A stretch of DNA of 64,000 nt, taken from a virus. The stretch spans positions 1 through 64,000 of the IMG/VR virus record IMGVR_UViG_3300009705_003007, one strand, 5' to 3'. Numbering within the stretch: the stretch's first letter is position 1; the number at the start of each line of letters is the position of its first letter. The notes under the pieces were generated by a model, which worked only from the letters and a program-made list of their open reading frames with translations, had not been told where the DNA came from and did no database searches. A program made the translations under genes and the position numbers. Of this stretch, positions 39,865 through 49,601 are shown in pieces.

Positions 39865-40575
39865 ATGGCATCCATAAGTTTCTTTGCTGGAAGCACTTCC
39901 ATAAATAACCTTTCAGGCTCTGGTCTGGGGTTTTTTGGCGGTTCTTTTGGGCAATCAGTTCAATTAAATAACTGGCAAGACACAACGTTTATTACCGACG
40001 GTAACGGCACCAGCAATGGTGGCGCTGGTAATAATATGAAATATTCTACCGACACAAAGTCTTTTGCTGCGGGTGTTGTACCTGCCACTGGACTTCTGTT
40101 TATCCCTAACTCAAAAGCTACGTTAAATGTTAGATTTAGCAACGATAGTGCTGTAAGAACACAGAATACGAAGTTAAGAGTTTTTGACAGAAACAACAAG
40201 AATTTCCCCGCAAGTGGTGTTATCACTAGGGTTGTAGAAATGCTACATCCTTCAGTGTCATACTCTGTAGAAGGATCTGGCGATTCAACTTGGTGGGGAA
40301 GCGCGTCACATACTGGATCAGACGCACAGGGAACGTTTATCGGGTCTAAAAACCCAACTGCTAGATTGCCAGCCGGTACAAACACGGTTGGCGGTAGTGG
40401 AATTTACGTTCCTTTGGCTCAGTCTCCGGGGCCAAGCGGTTTTTACGCTGGCAACGGGTCTGCTAATACAGGCCAATACTATCAGCATGATTGGTATGTC
40501 GGAATATCGGCATCACCAGATAGCATTGGAAGCAAGACCCAGTATGGGTTATACGTAGAGTTAGAATATTTATAA
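39865..40575 (+). CDS. Putative abundant virion structural protein (Gly/Ser-rich beta protein)
   Basis: Has its own copy of the tube-gene promoter, a strong SD and a terminator. Cys-free and G/S/T-rich. Confidence 0.55.
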   Translation: MASISFFAGSTSINNLSGSGLGFFGGSFGQSVQLNNWQDTTFITDGNGTSNGGAGNNMKYSTDTKSFAAGVVPATGLLFIPNSKATLNVRFSNDSAVRTQNTKLRVFDRNNKNFPASGVITRVVEMLHPSVSYSVEGSGDSTWWGSASHTGSDAQGTFIGSKNPTARLPAGTNTVGGSGIYVPLAQSPGPSGFYAGNGSANTGQYYQHDWYVGISASPDSIGSKTQYGLYVELEYL

Positions 40576-40592
40576 TACTTTATATCTCTACC

Positions 40593-40630
40593 ACCCCGTC
40601 AGTTTGTCACCGAACTGTCGGGGTTTTTTT
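40593..40630 (+). terminator. Rho-independent terminator at the junction of the two convergent arms
   Basis: ACCCCG-T-CAGTTT / GAACTG-T-CGGGGT stem followed by a T run; overlaps the 3' end of the convergent gene. Confidence 0.75.
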
Positions 40631-41257
40631 GTTCCACATTAGAGCGCACCCGCAATAGACATCCCATTCCTTGGAGAAGTCGTAGACGTTATATTTTTCC
40701 TCAGCTACAATCTCTTCATAAATTTTTACGGAGTCGTGACCGCCACCATCGTCTTCCGTGTCATCAAAAAGAATGTATTGAGGTTCCGTTAAAAGATTTC
40801 TTGAGATAGCGAAGTCTTTCATAACAGACTCTCTTTGGTGGTCGCCGTCTAGAAAGCAAAAATCAAACTGGTTCTCGGAAAGATTTCTTATTGACTCCCT
40901 GATTAACTCAGTGTTTTTTACAACTGAGTCTACATTATGATCAAGCAGTTCTTCGTTGTTGACATAGTGCCAATCCGATGAATTGTTTACATGAGGGTGA
41001 ACAATTAGCTGTTTAACATTCTTTGATTCAACGTCTTTATACTTGTGTATATCAACAGTGACAACAATGCCATCAGGTTGGTATTCATCGAAATATTTTT
41101 GAAAAACTTCGGTTGATTGACCGATATGAGTTCCTATTTCCAAGCAGTACTTTGGCTTTAGATGCACCAAAGAGGAAAATAAGGCTTTTCTAAATTGACG
41201 ATTTTCATTTTTAAATAGACTAGCTTGTTCAGCTTGAATCTTAATTATGTCAACCAT
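40607..41257 (-). CDS. Class I SAM-dependent methyltransferase (Methyltransf_24-like), possibly a sugar O-methyltransferase
   Basis: CLEIGTHIGQS, VTVDI, FDFCFLDGDH and ILFDD motifs. Confidence 0.8.
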   Translation of the reverse strand: MVDIIKIQAEQASLFKNENRQFRKALFSSLVHLKPKYCLEIGTHIGQSTEVFQKYFDEYQPDGIVVTVDIHKYKDVESKNVKQLIVHPHVNNSSDWHYVNNEELLDHNVDSVVKNTELIRESIRNLSENQFDFCFLDGDHQRESVMKDFAISRNLLTEPQYILFDDTEDDGGGHDSVKIYEEIVAEEKYNVYDFSKEWDVYCGCALMWNKKTPTVR

Positions 41258-41586
41258 TATTCTTCTTTTTGTGTATCAGGATTCCATTTAACCCAGCCGC
41301 CATCGGGAAGCCAGCCACCTTCTTTGTCCTTACGTTTGGGAAAGAGTCTTCCACCCTTTTTCATAACGCCAAAGGCAAGCTTGGAATTACATCCAGTACA
41401 CCTTGCCTCATGATATAGATTGTCATCTACGTTTCGCACTTGAAAGCGAACATCTTCGCTGCCGCATTTTCCGCATATGTTCTCTGCGAAAATTTCTTGA
41501 AAATTGGCCAACCGTTGAAAAACTTCAACCTGTGTGTCGCCTTCAATTTCTACGGTAGTTCTTCCAGAAGTATAAGTAACTTTCAT
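41257..41586 (-). CDS. Zinc-ribbon protein
   Basis: CGKC...CTGC; translationally coupled to both neighbours. Confidence 0.65.
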   Translation of the reverse strand: MKVTYTSGRTTVEIEGDTQVEVFQRLANFQEIFAENICGKCGSEDVRFQVRNVDDNLYHEARCTGCNSKLAFGVMKKGGRLFPKRKDKEGGWLPDGGWVKWNPDTQKEE

Positions 41587-42542
41587 TATGATCTCCAGTC
41601 TATTTTGTAGCCTTTAATTTTGTTGGGAATTTCGCCACCATTTTGATAATTATTTAGAACTTTAATCATCTTCTTGGCGCTGTCTTTATTAACATTATTG
41701 ATGTTTGGGTAATCGCCCTCGCCTATATTAATAAAAGCGATAACATCTATGTCTAATTGGTTGCATCTATTGTCTATAAAATGAACCTGTTGACTGCTAA
41801 TTTTTTTGCTTGATTCATATTCGCCAGACGTAGGCTCTTGTTTAACGGCCTTTTGAACAATACCAACGATATCTTTCTTAGCAAGCTCTTCTGCTGCAAG
41901 ACATCTAAGCTTTAAAGCCTTTCTTAAGGCTCTGCCTTCTGCCCTAGTTGACGCTGTAGCAACGGGATGTGCGCAAAACAGATCATCAGTATTGCCATGC
42001 CAAACATCCGCTACTTCTTTAAAGGTTCTGAAATTGCCTTCATTCATCCAATCAAAGACAACTTTAAATAATACAGTTGCTCTTCCGGGGCCGTTATTGT
42101 CTGTTGCTGGAAAAACCTGTTCTGGCCCAGACTCAATAATGTCACCAAGTAATAACTCAGCAACTCTACGTAACCCAGCACATATAGGATTTCCATCAAT
42201 CATTTCATTAGATTTGAAATGAGCCATCACATACCCAGTCCAGTCATCGCTAAACATAGATGGTCGTTCTTCTTCGTTAGCAAGGTTTTCTTCTTTAATA
42301 ACAACCTCTTTTTTAACGGCGACCTCTTCTTCTTCTTGTTGCTGTTGCTGTTCTGGTTGTTCAAACACCTCTTCAAATAAATCCATAACGCTGGTGTCCT
42401 GCATCGTCACAAAATCTTCATCCTTAGCCATAATAGCCTCCACTAAATCAACTAAATTTTTTTTCTTTGCACCATTTGGAATGGCGCAATTATGTTCTTC
42501 CAAAATTTGCTTAAGCTCTTTTATTGTTTTGTCGTTATACAC
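41586..42542 (-). CDS. Putative Rad52/Sak-like ssDNA annealing protein with N-terminal HeH/SAP-like motif
   Basis: ATASTRAEGRALRKAL helix and preceding beta core; N-terminal KTIKELKQIL...KKKNLVDLV; acidic linker. Confidence 0.55.
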   Translation of the reverse strand: MYNDKTIKELKQILEEHNCAIPNGAKKKNLVDLVEAIMAKDEDFVTMQDTSVMDLFEEVFEQPEQQQQQEEEEVAVKKEVVIKEENLANEEERPSMFSDDWTGYVMAHFKSNEMIDGNPICAGLRRVAELLLGDIIESGPEQVFPATDNNGPGRATVLFKVVFDWMNEGNFRTFKEVADVWHGNTDDLFCAHPVATASTRAEGRALRKALKLRCLAAEELAKKDIVGIVQKAVKQEPTSGEYESSKKISSQQVHFIDNRCNQLDIDVIAFINIGEGDYPNINNVNKDSAKKMIKVLNNYQNGGEIPNKIKGYKIDWRS

Positions 42543-43330
42543 TATGCTTCAATTTCAATAAGTCGTTTTGTGATAGGTGGAAAATCTTTGTCGATTTTCT
42601 CTAATTGTTCGATGATTGCGCTGAGCGTGTCTCTCATGTTTTTCTGAGAAAGGTTACGGACAATATTCTTAACACGAAGTATAACAAATCCGCGATTTAT
42701 AAGCAACCCTGCTTTTTGCGCATCTGAGCGAATATGTCTATCTAAGCTTTGTTGACCCCAAATTGGTAAAAAGTGAGCTGGCCCGTCGATTTCAATAGCT
42801 GTTTTTAAGGAAGGGATGAATAAATCAACTTCCAGTTTGTCGTTTGAAACCAAACCTCTCTTATGAAAGATAACCCCGTACCCAGCCTTTGTCAACCCTT
42901 CATTTATAAATTTCTCAATCTTAGATCCTTCTTTACTTGCTCTACGAACAGCTTCAGCCGCTAATTTGCGAAGATTGGCCTTCTCTTCCTCGGACATTTC
43001 TTCCCATTGTTTTCTTGATAACTCTGAACGCCTTTCTCGTTCGTCTTCTTCCATGTTGTCCCAATACGTAGCCATGCCATTGCTAATTGCAACCTTTTCG
43101 GCTTCCGTTCGTTTCTTCCCCTTTGTAGGATGTTCATGCCTACCGCTTTTAATAGCAACCGTTTGTGCCACGCTTTTGTCTCTAAGAGGAACCCCAAGAG
43201 TGTTTAAAGTTCTACGAATTTTATTAGGATAGGTTTTAAGCTCCTGAGCTATTTCATAGGTACTCTTCTGTTCTTCGGTGTATTGTTCTATAATGTATTC
43301 TTTATACTTGTTGATAAAAGCACTACTCAT
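42542..43330 (-). CDS. Vsr/DUF559-like (EDxHD-type) endonuclease with HTH and NUMOD3-like motifs; possible free-standing homing endonuclease
   Basis: SKIEKF...VDLFIP...IEIDGPAH catalytic pattern; STYEIAQELKTYPNKIRRTL HTH; KGKKRTEAEKVAIS. Confidence 0.65.
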   Translation of the reverse strand: MSSAFINKYKEYIIEQYTEEQKSTYEIAQELKTYPNKIRRTLNTLGVPLRDKSVAQTVAIKSGRHEHPTKGKKRTEAEKVAISNGMATYWDNMEEDERERRSELSRKQWEEMSEEEKANLRKLAAEAVRRASKEGSKIEKFINEGLTKAGYGVIFHKRGLVSNDKLEVDLFIPSLKTAIEIDGPAHFLPIWGQQSLDRHIRSDAQKAGLLINRGFVILRVKNIVRNLSQKNMRDTLSAIIEQLEKIDKDFPPITKRLIEIEA

Positions 43331-43805
43331 TGATAATCCTCACTAATTTTTCTATGTTAAAATCGTTTACTACATCGGTAACTTTTCTATTGCAATAGTT
43401 TTCTATTGCTTTAGAATGGTCTTCACTTCTTGCTATAAGTTTCATGTTTGGATCTGAAAAAGCCTGAATGGTCGTTTCATAAGGGGCGACAGATTTTACT
43501 CTTTCTCTAGTCCACTCAAGATCCCAAACGTAAAAAAACTTTTTCTTAGTCGCGAAGCATTTACTAAGTGATTTCGCCGTAGCAACACTTGTTGCAATTA
43601 ACGCACCACTAAAACTCCACACTTCATTAATAGACATTAAAGCAAAGTTGGGATTTAATACGCTCGCTGAAGAATTTTCAAAGAACACTGTAAAATCACA
43701 GCTTTCGTCTTCCAAGTAAGTGTTTATGTTTTTTATAAGGTTAAATGATAACTGACTAGAAGACGTTTCTTCTATCAAGAATCCTATTTGGTTATTTCTT
43801 TGCAT
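43323..43805 (-). CDS. Hypothetical protein, possibly a stand-alone glycosyltransferase N-domain (track start 43862)
   Basis: LIATSVATA...KKFFYVWDLEW...LIARS pattern resembles a GT-B N-terminal domain; lies in the sugar cluster. Confidence 0.45.
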   Translation of the reverse strand: MQRNNQIGFLIEETSSSQLSFNLIKNINTYLEDESCDFTVFFENSSASVLNPNFALMSINEVWSFSGALIATSVATAKSLSKCFATKKKFFYVWDLEWTRERVKSVAPYETTIQAFSDPNMKLIARSEDHSKAIENYCNRKVTDVVNDFNIEKLVRIINE

Positions 43806-44745
43806 CGGCTTTTTCTTTATTTGTCTCGTACCATTGTACTGTATGTTTAATGCCTTCTTCAATATTTACTGGATTGATTGTCACAAAGTCTTTCATTCTA
43901 GTTGTATCTAAAAGCTTCTTCATTTGGCCGTCTGGTTTATCTGTATTCCAAAGCACCTCACCCTTATAGTCCACCGCTTTAGAAATATAGTTAACAAGTT
44001 GTTTTATACTGATCTCTCTTCCTGTTCCAATATTTAACGGTTGAGAACAATCATTATAACTTTGAAAAGCTTGAACGATTGCTTCGGCGGCATCGTCAAC
44101 ATACATGAATTCTCTCATGGGGTTTCCAGTTCCCCAGCATTCAACCTCGTCTGTTTCTTCTATGACTGCTTCTACAAATTTTCTAATAAGCGCACCAACG
44201 ACCTTAGTTCTTACTAAATCAAAAGTATCATTTGGCCCATACAGATTGGTTACACAGACAGTAGATGCGTTTAGTTCATATTGATCATTATACGCCTCTG
44301 ATGCTATTTGCAGTACTCTTTTTGCAATGCCGTGCGCTCTAATTGTTTTGTTAGGAAGACCATCCCAAAAGGTCTCTTCCTTTAACACATCCATTCCCGT
44401 GTCTGGATAAGCACATGATGTCATAATTGATAGGATCTTTTTAACACCAGTGTATTCACATGCGTGATGAAGATTTAGTCCCATAACAGTATTTGAGTAT
44501 AGAATATCTGCTGGGTACATTCGGTTAAATTCTATACCTCCATTATAGCCAGCCGCATGTATACAAAAGTCTGGCTTGTGGGAAGTTAAGAAGTGTATTG
44601 TTGTCTGAAGATCATTAAGGTTTACTTCTTTATGCTTCAAGACAAGCGGAGTCGCTCCCTTTTCTGCAATCTTCTGACATATTGCTGTACCAAGAAAGCC
44701 TTCGCCTCCTGTAACCAGAATTGTTGAACCTGTGATGTCTATCAT
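43792..44745 (-). CDS. fcl: GDP-L-fucose synthase (Fcl/WcaG)-family SDR with atypical active site
   Basis: GGEGFLG, IHAAGYNGGI..N..YPAD, TSCAYP, NLYGPND, WGTGNPMREFMYVDD, KPDGQMKK. The YxxxK motif reads HGIAK. Confidence 0.85.
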   Translation of the reverse strand: MIDITGSTILVTGGEGFLGTAICQKIAEKGATPLVLKHKEVNLNDLQTTIHFLTSHKPDFCIHAAGYNGGIEFNRMYPADILYSNTVMGLNLHHACEYTGVKKILSIMTSCAYPDTGMDVLKEETFWDGLPNKTIRAHGIAKRVLQIASEAYNDQYELNASTVCVTNLYGPNDTFDLVRTKVVGALIRKFVEAVIEETDEVECWGTGNPMREFMYVDDAAEAIVQAFQSYNDCSQPLNIGTGREISIKQLVNYISKAVDYKGEVLWNTDKPDGQMKKLLDTTRMKDFVTINPVNIEEGIKHTVQWYETNKEKADAKK

Positions 44746-45677
44746 GAATACTGATGCCTTATTTGTAAAATTGGCGCTACTTTAATTAATTCTTGTATAC
44801 CAGTCATTATATCTACATCACAAGAGAAGCCCTCATTTTCTAGCTTGTTATAGCTAACTTCATAATCTCTTTGGTCAGCATCCGTCCCAATTTCTTCATA
44901 ATGAACAAAACAGCCAGTATGATCTTTGACATACTCTGCTAATTCTCTTTTTGTCCAATTAAGATGATTTGCTCCAGCATTATAAACTTTATGTTTCCAG
45001 CTACCCATATTCTCAAAACCCATAGTAAAGGCTTTAGACATGTCACGAACGTGAATAAAAGTTCGTCTAAAATCAGCTTGAAAAATAGTTAAGATACCAT
45101 TTGTTAAAGCTTGATAAACAAAGTCATTTACGAGCAAGTTCACCCGCATGCATGGGCTAACACCAAAACCCGTCGCAAAACGAAAAGAAACAGTGTTATC
45201 TTCTTCAGACATCATTTCTTCTGCAACTCGTTTATTTACGCCATATTGTGACACGGCGTTTAGTGGAGATTCTTCTGTGCATATACCCTGCACTTTACCA
45301 TAGACGCTACCCGTAGAGGCATAAACAAGCGGAATGCTTTTAGAATGAAGATTTCTAGCATTAATAACATTCATTGCTCCTTCAACATTAACAGCGCTCG
45401 CTAGAGAAGGTTGGGCTTTACAGGCTGGAAATCCTACAATAGCTGCTAAATGGATGATTGCATCACACCCCTTAACGGCTTCGTTTATTTGTGCAGGAAC
45501 AGTGACATCCCCATACACGAATTCAAAATTTGGATTTATTGCTAAAGGGATAATGGCATCACATTGCCCTTTATGAAAGTTATCTAAACATTTAACTTTA
45601 TATCCACTATCAAGAAGCTGTCGGCAAAGAACATTTCCAACATAACCTCCACCACCTGTAACTAATATTTTTGTCAT
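44742..45677 (-). CDS. NAD-dependent NDP-sugar epimerase/reductase (extended SDR)
   Basis: TGGGGYVG, IIHLAAIVG, ASTGSVYG, YGVNK, RTFIHVRD. Confidence 0.88.
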   Translation of the reverse strand: MTKILVTGGGGYVGNVLCRQLLDSGYKVKCLDNFHKGQCDAIIPLAINPNFEFVYGDVTVPAQINEAVKGCDAIIHLAAIVGFPACKAQPSLASAVNVEGAMNVINARNLHSKSIPLVYASTGSVYGKVQGICTEESPLNAVSQYGVNKRVAEEMMSEEDNTVSFRFATGFGVSPCMRVNLLVNDFVYQALTNGILTIFQADFRRTFIHVRDMSKAFTMGFENMGSWKHKVYNAGANHLNWTKRELAEYVKDHTGCFVHYEEIGTDADQRDYEVSYNKLENEGFSCDVDIMTGIQELIKVAPILQIRHQYS

Positions 45678-45749
45678 GTATGCACCTGTTTGTCGTGATC
45701 CAACCTGCTTATATATATAATAACGATTTTTTCTTTATTGAACCCAATA

Positions 45750-46463
45750 TTATAGTTTTGATCTGGTTGTTGTGCTTTGTTCACACTCGCTGAAGATGCC
45801 TTTGTCGTGAATTATCTTAGGCGCAAGAAAGAATGATTCTATTTTATCATGAAAGAATCTAGATAGTTGCGAGTCTATGGGATTAATTGGTTCTAGCCTA
45901 GTTATGATGTCTAAAATCTTTCTAGAAATTATAACACCATGCAGTCCACCGATTCTATTTACTGTTCCCACCCCTATAGATTCTGATTCTTTCCATATCC
46001 TTTCTATGTCGTTATTAAATTCATCACCTTCGTCTCCAATCCACCATCCTAAATAAAGCATGTCATAGTTTATCTTTTCAATTTCAGATTCCGTTTCTTT
46101 AACTACTTTATCAAACCTCTCGGTAAAATAAGAATCGTCTTCTAAGAATAAGACCTTTTCATCACCATCCTCTAAAGCTTTTTTTGCCATGGCTTGATGT
46201 GACAAAAAAGCGTTACAGTGTTTTATTTTTTTTGTCCGTATCTCTTCTTCTGTGTTTGTTTCATGGCCACCGTATCCCCAGTTATCAATAGGTGCATCTT
46301 CTATGTCTACCCTATCGTATTCTTGCGAATCAAGTAGTTTACCATCACCAGCTAAAAAACGATTAAACTCCAAGCCTTTGGATTCGCATTGATTCTTTAG
46401 GTCAAGCCAGTGTTCTTTTCTTTTGTCTAAACATAGACAATAAGCTTTTTTTATTCCAAACAT
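45750..46463 (-). CDS. Glycosyltransferase family 25-like
   Basis: YCLCLDKRKE, FLSH, LFLEDD and PID motifs. Confidence 0.75.
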   Translation of the reverse strand: MFGIKKAYCLCLDKRKEHWLDLKNQCESKGLEFNRFLAGDGKLLDSQEYDRVDIEDAPIDNWGYGGHETNTEEEIRTKKIKHCNAFLSHQAMAKKALEDGDEKVLFLEDDSYFTERFDKVVKETESEIEKINYDMLYLGWWIGDEGDEFNNDIERIWKESESIGVGTVNRIGGLHGVIISRKILDIITRLEPINPIDSQLSRFFHDKIESFFLAPKIIHDKGIFSECEQSTTTRSKL

Positions 46464-47473
46464 TATATATTTCCTAATACGCGTTGTGCTAAAGCTTCGG
46501 TTGTTGCTTCTCTATTCAACCAATCGTAGAACTCTTGTCTAAAATGTTTCCATAGCTCAGGTCTAAAGTCAACCAAATAGCCCGGATTTTCTTTATCTAT
46601 TGTTCCGCAATTAGGAAGAGACTTTCTTTGCCATTGGCCCTCTGTAAGATTTGGTACGCCACCCAGAAGATATTTAGCTTGAATTAATTTATCCTTGGGG
46701 AGATTCCAAAGAGTGTGTTTTGGACATTCCTCCATGTCAACAAAAAAGGGAATGGATCCATTAGCTATAATTTCATAATGACGAAGAGTGTCCCAGCCAC
46801 CCTTTTTTGATGTGTATGAAAAATGAGCTGTTTGATACATATCGTAATAACTCTCTTCTGTGTCGTATATATACGTAGACATGTATGAAGGATCAACAGA
46901 TTGGTTAACCGGTATTAACGGGGCAAAAGCAACGTTTCTTTTTGAGTCATCTAGTTTTCTTATTTTCTCTTTAGGTATAGCAAAAGAAATTGGAAGAGCG
47001 TACTCTTTGTGATGATCTTTCATCTCTCTTTTGTAATACGTGCAGGACTTAGCTATATCTTTATTTATGTATTCTTGATCCCAACCATCTATTACGATTA
47101 ATTGATTCTTTTCATATCCACGTTTTATAAAGAAACTCAGCAATGATTTTAGGGACTGGTCTTGCTTGTTCATGGTGTGATGTATTGGAATAACGACAGC
47201 GTCGTATTCGTCCACGTCGTTACTAAAGTGACGTGTGTATTCTTCTTCATCAAGAAGGCCATACATAGTAAACCCATTGCCCCAAATGTCACTAAAGAGT
47301 TCTGGATTTTTATCTTTTGTGTCTTTATCATGCCACCATAAATCAAAATGGGTATGAGTATTTTTCCCAAGACTTTTAACCAAGCCGTGAAACATCATGT
47401 CGGATTGATAATCTGATACAGCATTGGAAGCTTTGAGATCTATAGGCATGAGGGGATGAAAAAGTATTTTCAT
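46463..47473 (-). CDS. Putative glycosyltransferase (GT-B-like)
   Basis: IDGWD...YYKRE...ISFAIP...KKGGWDTLRHYEIIANGSIP; cluster context. Confidence 0.55.
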   Translation of the reverse strand: MKILFHPLMPIDLKASNAVSDYQSDMMFHGLVKSLGKNTHTHFDLWWHDKDTKDKNPELFSDIWGNGFTMYGLLDEEEYTRHFSNDVDEYDAVVIPIHHTMNKQDQSLKSLLSFFIKRGYEKNQLIVIDGWDQEYINKDIAKSCTYYKREMKDHHKEYALPISFAIPKEKIRKLDDSKRNVAFAPLIPVNQSVDPSYMSTYIYDTEESYYDMYQTAHFSYTSKKGGWDTLRHYEIIANGSIPFFVDMEECPKHTLWNLPKDKLIQAKYLLGGVPNLTEGQWQRKSLPNCGTIDKENPGYLVDFRPELWKHFRQEFYDWLNREATTEALAQRVLGNI

Positions 47474-48435
47474 TTTTTTATTCTTGAATCCTTAACGGCT
47501 TGCACAATTGCTTCCCTAGAACTGTATTCTGGAACCCATCCAGTACTTTTTATCTTGTCGTTATTAATTGAAATTAATTTATTGTCACCCTTCCAATTGG
47601 CAGCATCTCCAAGCCAGTCTATATCTTTATGAACATCTAAGCCTATCATTACTGACTTAGCAACTTCTTCGATGCTAATTTCGTCATCGGGAACTATGTT
47701 GTATTCTGAATCAACATCTTTCTTCATTGATAATATCATAAGAGCATTAACTAAATCGTTTATATAACAATACGGCTTGGTAGATCCCGGCTTGCTTCCC
47801 AAAGCTTCTAACGTAGGGTTATTTAGAATCTTCTCAATAAAATCATAAACAACACCATGTGTTAACCCGCGACCAACAGTCGCGCACATGCGAGCTGACA
47901 CTCCGCTTATTTTTCCCGTGTTGGTGTAATACCTGAGTATTCCTTCGGAGGCTTGTTTTGTCATTCCGTAAATAGAAGTTGGTTCTGTTTTATAGGATTC
48001 TTCATATCTAGGAGTTCCAGAGGGTGCAGGATTGAATAACCAATCACCATAAACGATTACGGAAGAAGCTAGAACAATCCTAGCGCCTTTAGGCGACCAT
48101 TGACATATCTTTTGTGTACTGAGGATATTATCCTGAATGATATCAAAGGGTTCGCTTCCTTCCATTTTGACGGTAGCTTTGCCAGCAAGATGAAATATAT
48201 ATTCTGGTTTATGCTTGTTCATTACGAATTTGAGACATTCAAACTGAGCATCAAAATCGTCAGTAAATCCTAAATCGCACATGTACGAATGGCTTACAAA
48301 AGGAGAAACAAAGTTCTTTCTACTTATGTTGATTATTTTTCCAAAGACAAGGTTATTTTTATATAGCTCCTTGATTAGATTTCTTCCAACAAACCCATTT
48401 CCACCTGTAACTAGAACTGTCATGTTAATCCTCAA
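47470..48435 (-). CDS. NDP-sugar 4-epimerase-like SDR (GalE-like)
   Basis: TGGNGFVG, FHLAG, ASSVIVYG, YGMTK, HGVVYDF. Confidence 0.85.
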   Translation of the reverse strand: MRINMTVLVTGGNGFVGRNLIKELYKNNLVFGKIINISRKNFVSPFVSHSYMCDLGFTDDFDAQFECLKFVMNKHKPEYIFHLAGKATVKMEGSEPFDIIQDNILSTQKICQWSPKGARIVLASSVIVYGDWLFNPAPSGTPRYEESYKTEPTSIYGMTKQASEGILRYYTNTGKISGVSARMCATVGRGLTHGVVYDFIEKILNNPTLEALGSKPGSTKPYCYINDLVNALMILSMKKDVDSEYNIVPDDEISIEEVAKSVMIGLDVHKDIDWLGDAANWKGDNKLISINNDKIKSTGWVPEYSSREAIVQAVKDSRIKK

Positions 48436-49471
48436 AGTGTTTCATAAGTGTTTCTTCGCACAGGGCTGCATCCTGCTTTAAACCCAATTCTGAAAATATT
48501 TTAGCGACCCTATGAAAATAGGTGTGATTTTGTGCAACCAGCTCATAACCAGCTTTTATATGCTTCATTCTTTTTTCAGGATACTTAATATAGAAATCAA
48601 TCAATTGTTTAAACTCTTCAGGAGTTTTTGCAAAGACAATTTCGTCGTTAGTAAATACATCATTAACCATAGACTCAACATAATCAGATACACAAAAACC
48701 GCCACTCATTAATATTTTAAACGGTCGTTCAATTATATCGTATCCAAAATCTTGAGAGTGCGGTTCACTTATGTTTGGACAAACCGTAGCCGACGAAAAC
48801 AAAGCTCCGACATTGTTGTTATCAATTTTCCCAAGATGCTGACACACCGGCCAGCTAGAGCTGCCAAATATTTTTATATTGTATTTACCAACTGGAGTGC
48901 ATAGATTAACCAAGTACTTATCAAGGTTAATAGCTTTGTATGGCCAATACCCACCAATAAACCCTATGTCACACTTAAGGAGACTTACTGCTTGTTGAGG
49001 ATAGAAGTCAAATATGTCAGCGGCATGCATCAAGGAAACAGGTCTAATACCGATATCGTTCCATTTGCCATGCGTTTGGCTAATCCAATTGTCATGGTAA
49101 TGATTGTGAACAAAGTCTGGTTTTCCAGTTTGTTTCTTTAGTTTTTCAAGCAGTCTCTTCTCTTCTTCTTGCGCTACAAGTATTGGGTATTTATTAAGAT
49201 CTATATTGTCTTGCATATCTCCCCAGTCTGAGGCCCGCAAAACGACCTTCATATGAGGTCTTTCTTTAATACACTTAAAGACGGCATCGTTTAAGTTGTA
49301 TGTTTGACCCATAAAGATGTCTGGTTCAAACTCATCAAATGCATCAAAAGCCGACTCTTGACTTATCTCCCACATTCTTACTTGATGACCTAAATTTGCA
49401 AAGACTTTACCCCAAGACGTTCTTATATAAGAATGCGCGTGAGGGCCATCGCTACTTATTAGAATTTTCAT
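48425..49471 (-). CDS. Glycosyltransferase (CgeB/Glyco_trans_1_2-like)
   Basis: DIGFIGG, ERPFKILMSGGFCVSD and HTYFHRV C-terminal motifs. Confidence 0.75.
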   Translation of the reverse strand: MKILISSDGPHAHSYIRTSWGKVFANLGHQVRMWEISQESAFDAFDEFEPDIFMGQTYNLNDAVFKCIKERPHMKVVLRASDWGDMQDNIDLNKYPILVAQEEEKRLLEKLKKQTGKPDFVHNHYHDNWISQTHGKWNDIGIRPVSLMHAADIFDFYPQQAVSLLKCDIGFIGGYWPYKAINLDKYLVNLCTPVGKYNIKIFGSSSWPVCQHLGKIDNNNVGALFSSATVCPNISEPHSQDFGYDIIERPFKILMSGGFCVSDYVESMVNDVFTNDEIVFAKTPEEFKQLIDFYIKYPEKRMKHIKAGYELVAQNHTYFHRVAKIFSELGLKQDAALCEETLMKHFED

Positions 49472-49601
49472 ATTTTTTTACTGCCTCTTTGGCTTCTTCT
49501 TGTGTGTTAAACGACCCTAGTTTTACTTCAACTTTTTGGTCTAGATAATACCAAGCGTGCCATTTGTAATTATTGTTTATATACGCCCAATAAGCAGTCA
49601 T
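49452..49601 (-). CDS. 49-aa AP2-domain-like mini protein (not in the ORF track)
   Basis: Hand translation: MTAYWAYINNNYKWHAWYYLDQKVEVKLGSFNTQEEAKEAVKKYENSNK*. ATGA overlap with the upstream stop; it fills the intergenic gap exactly. Confidence 0.65.
   Translation of the reverse strand: MTAYWAYINNNYKWHAWYYLDQKVEVKLGSFNTQEEAKEAVKKYENSNK

Noticed and set aside
45678-45749. AT-rich gap (TTATATATATAA) as a promoter for the downstream minus-strand sugar genes
   Set aside because: Plausible, but it is a single instance that does not match the TGGTGTATAATA motif, so it cannot be supported.
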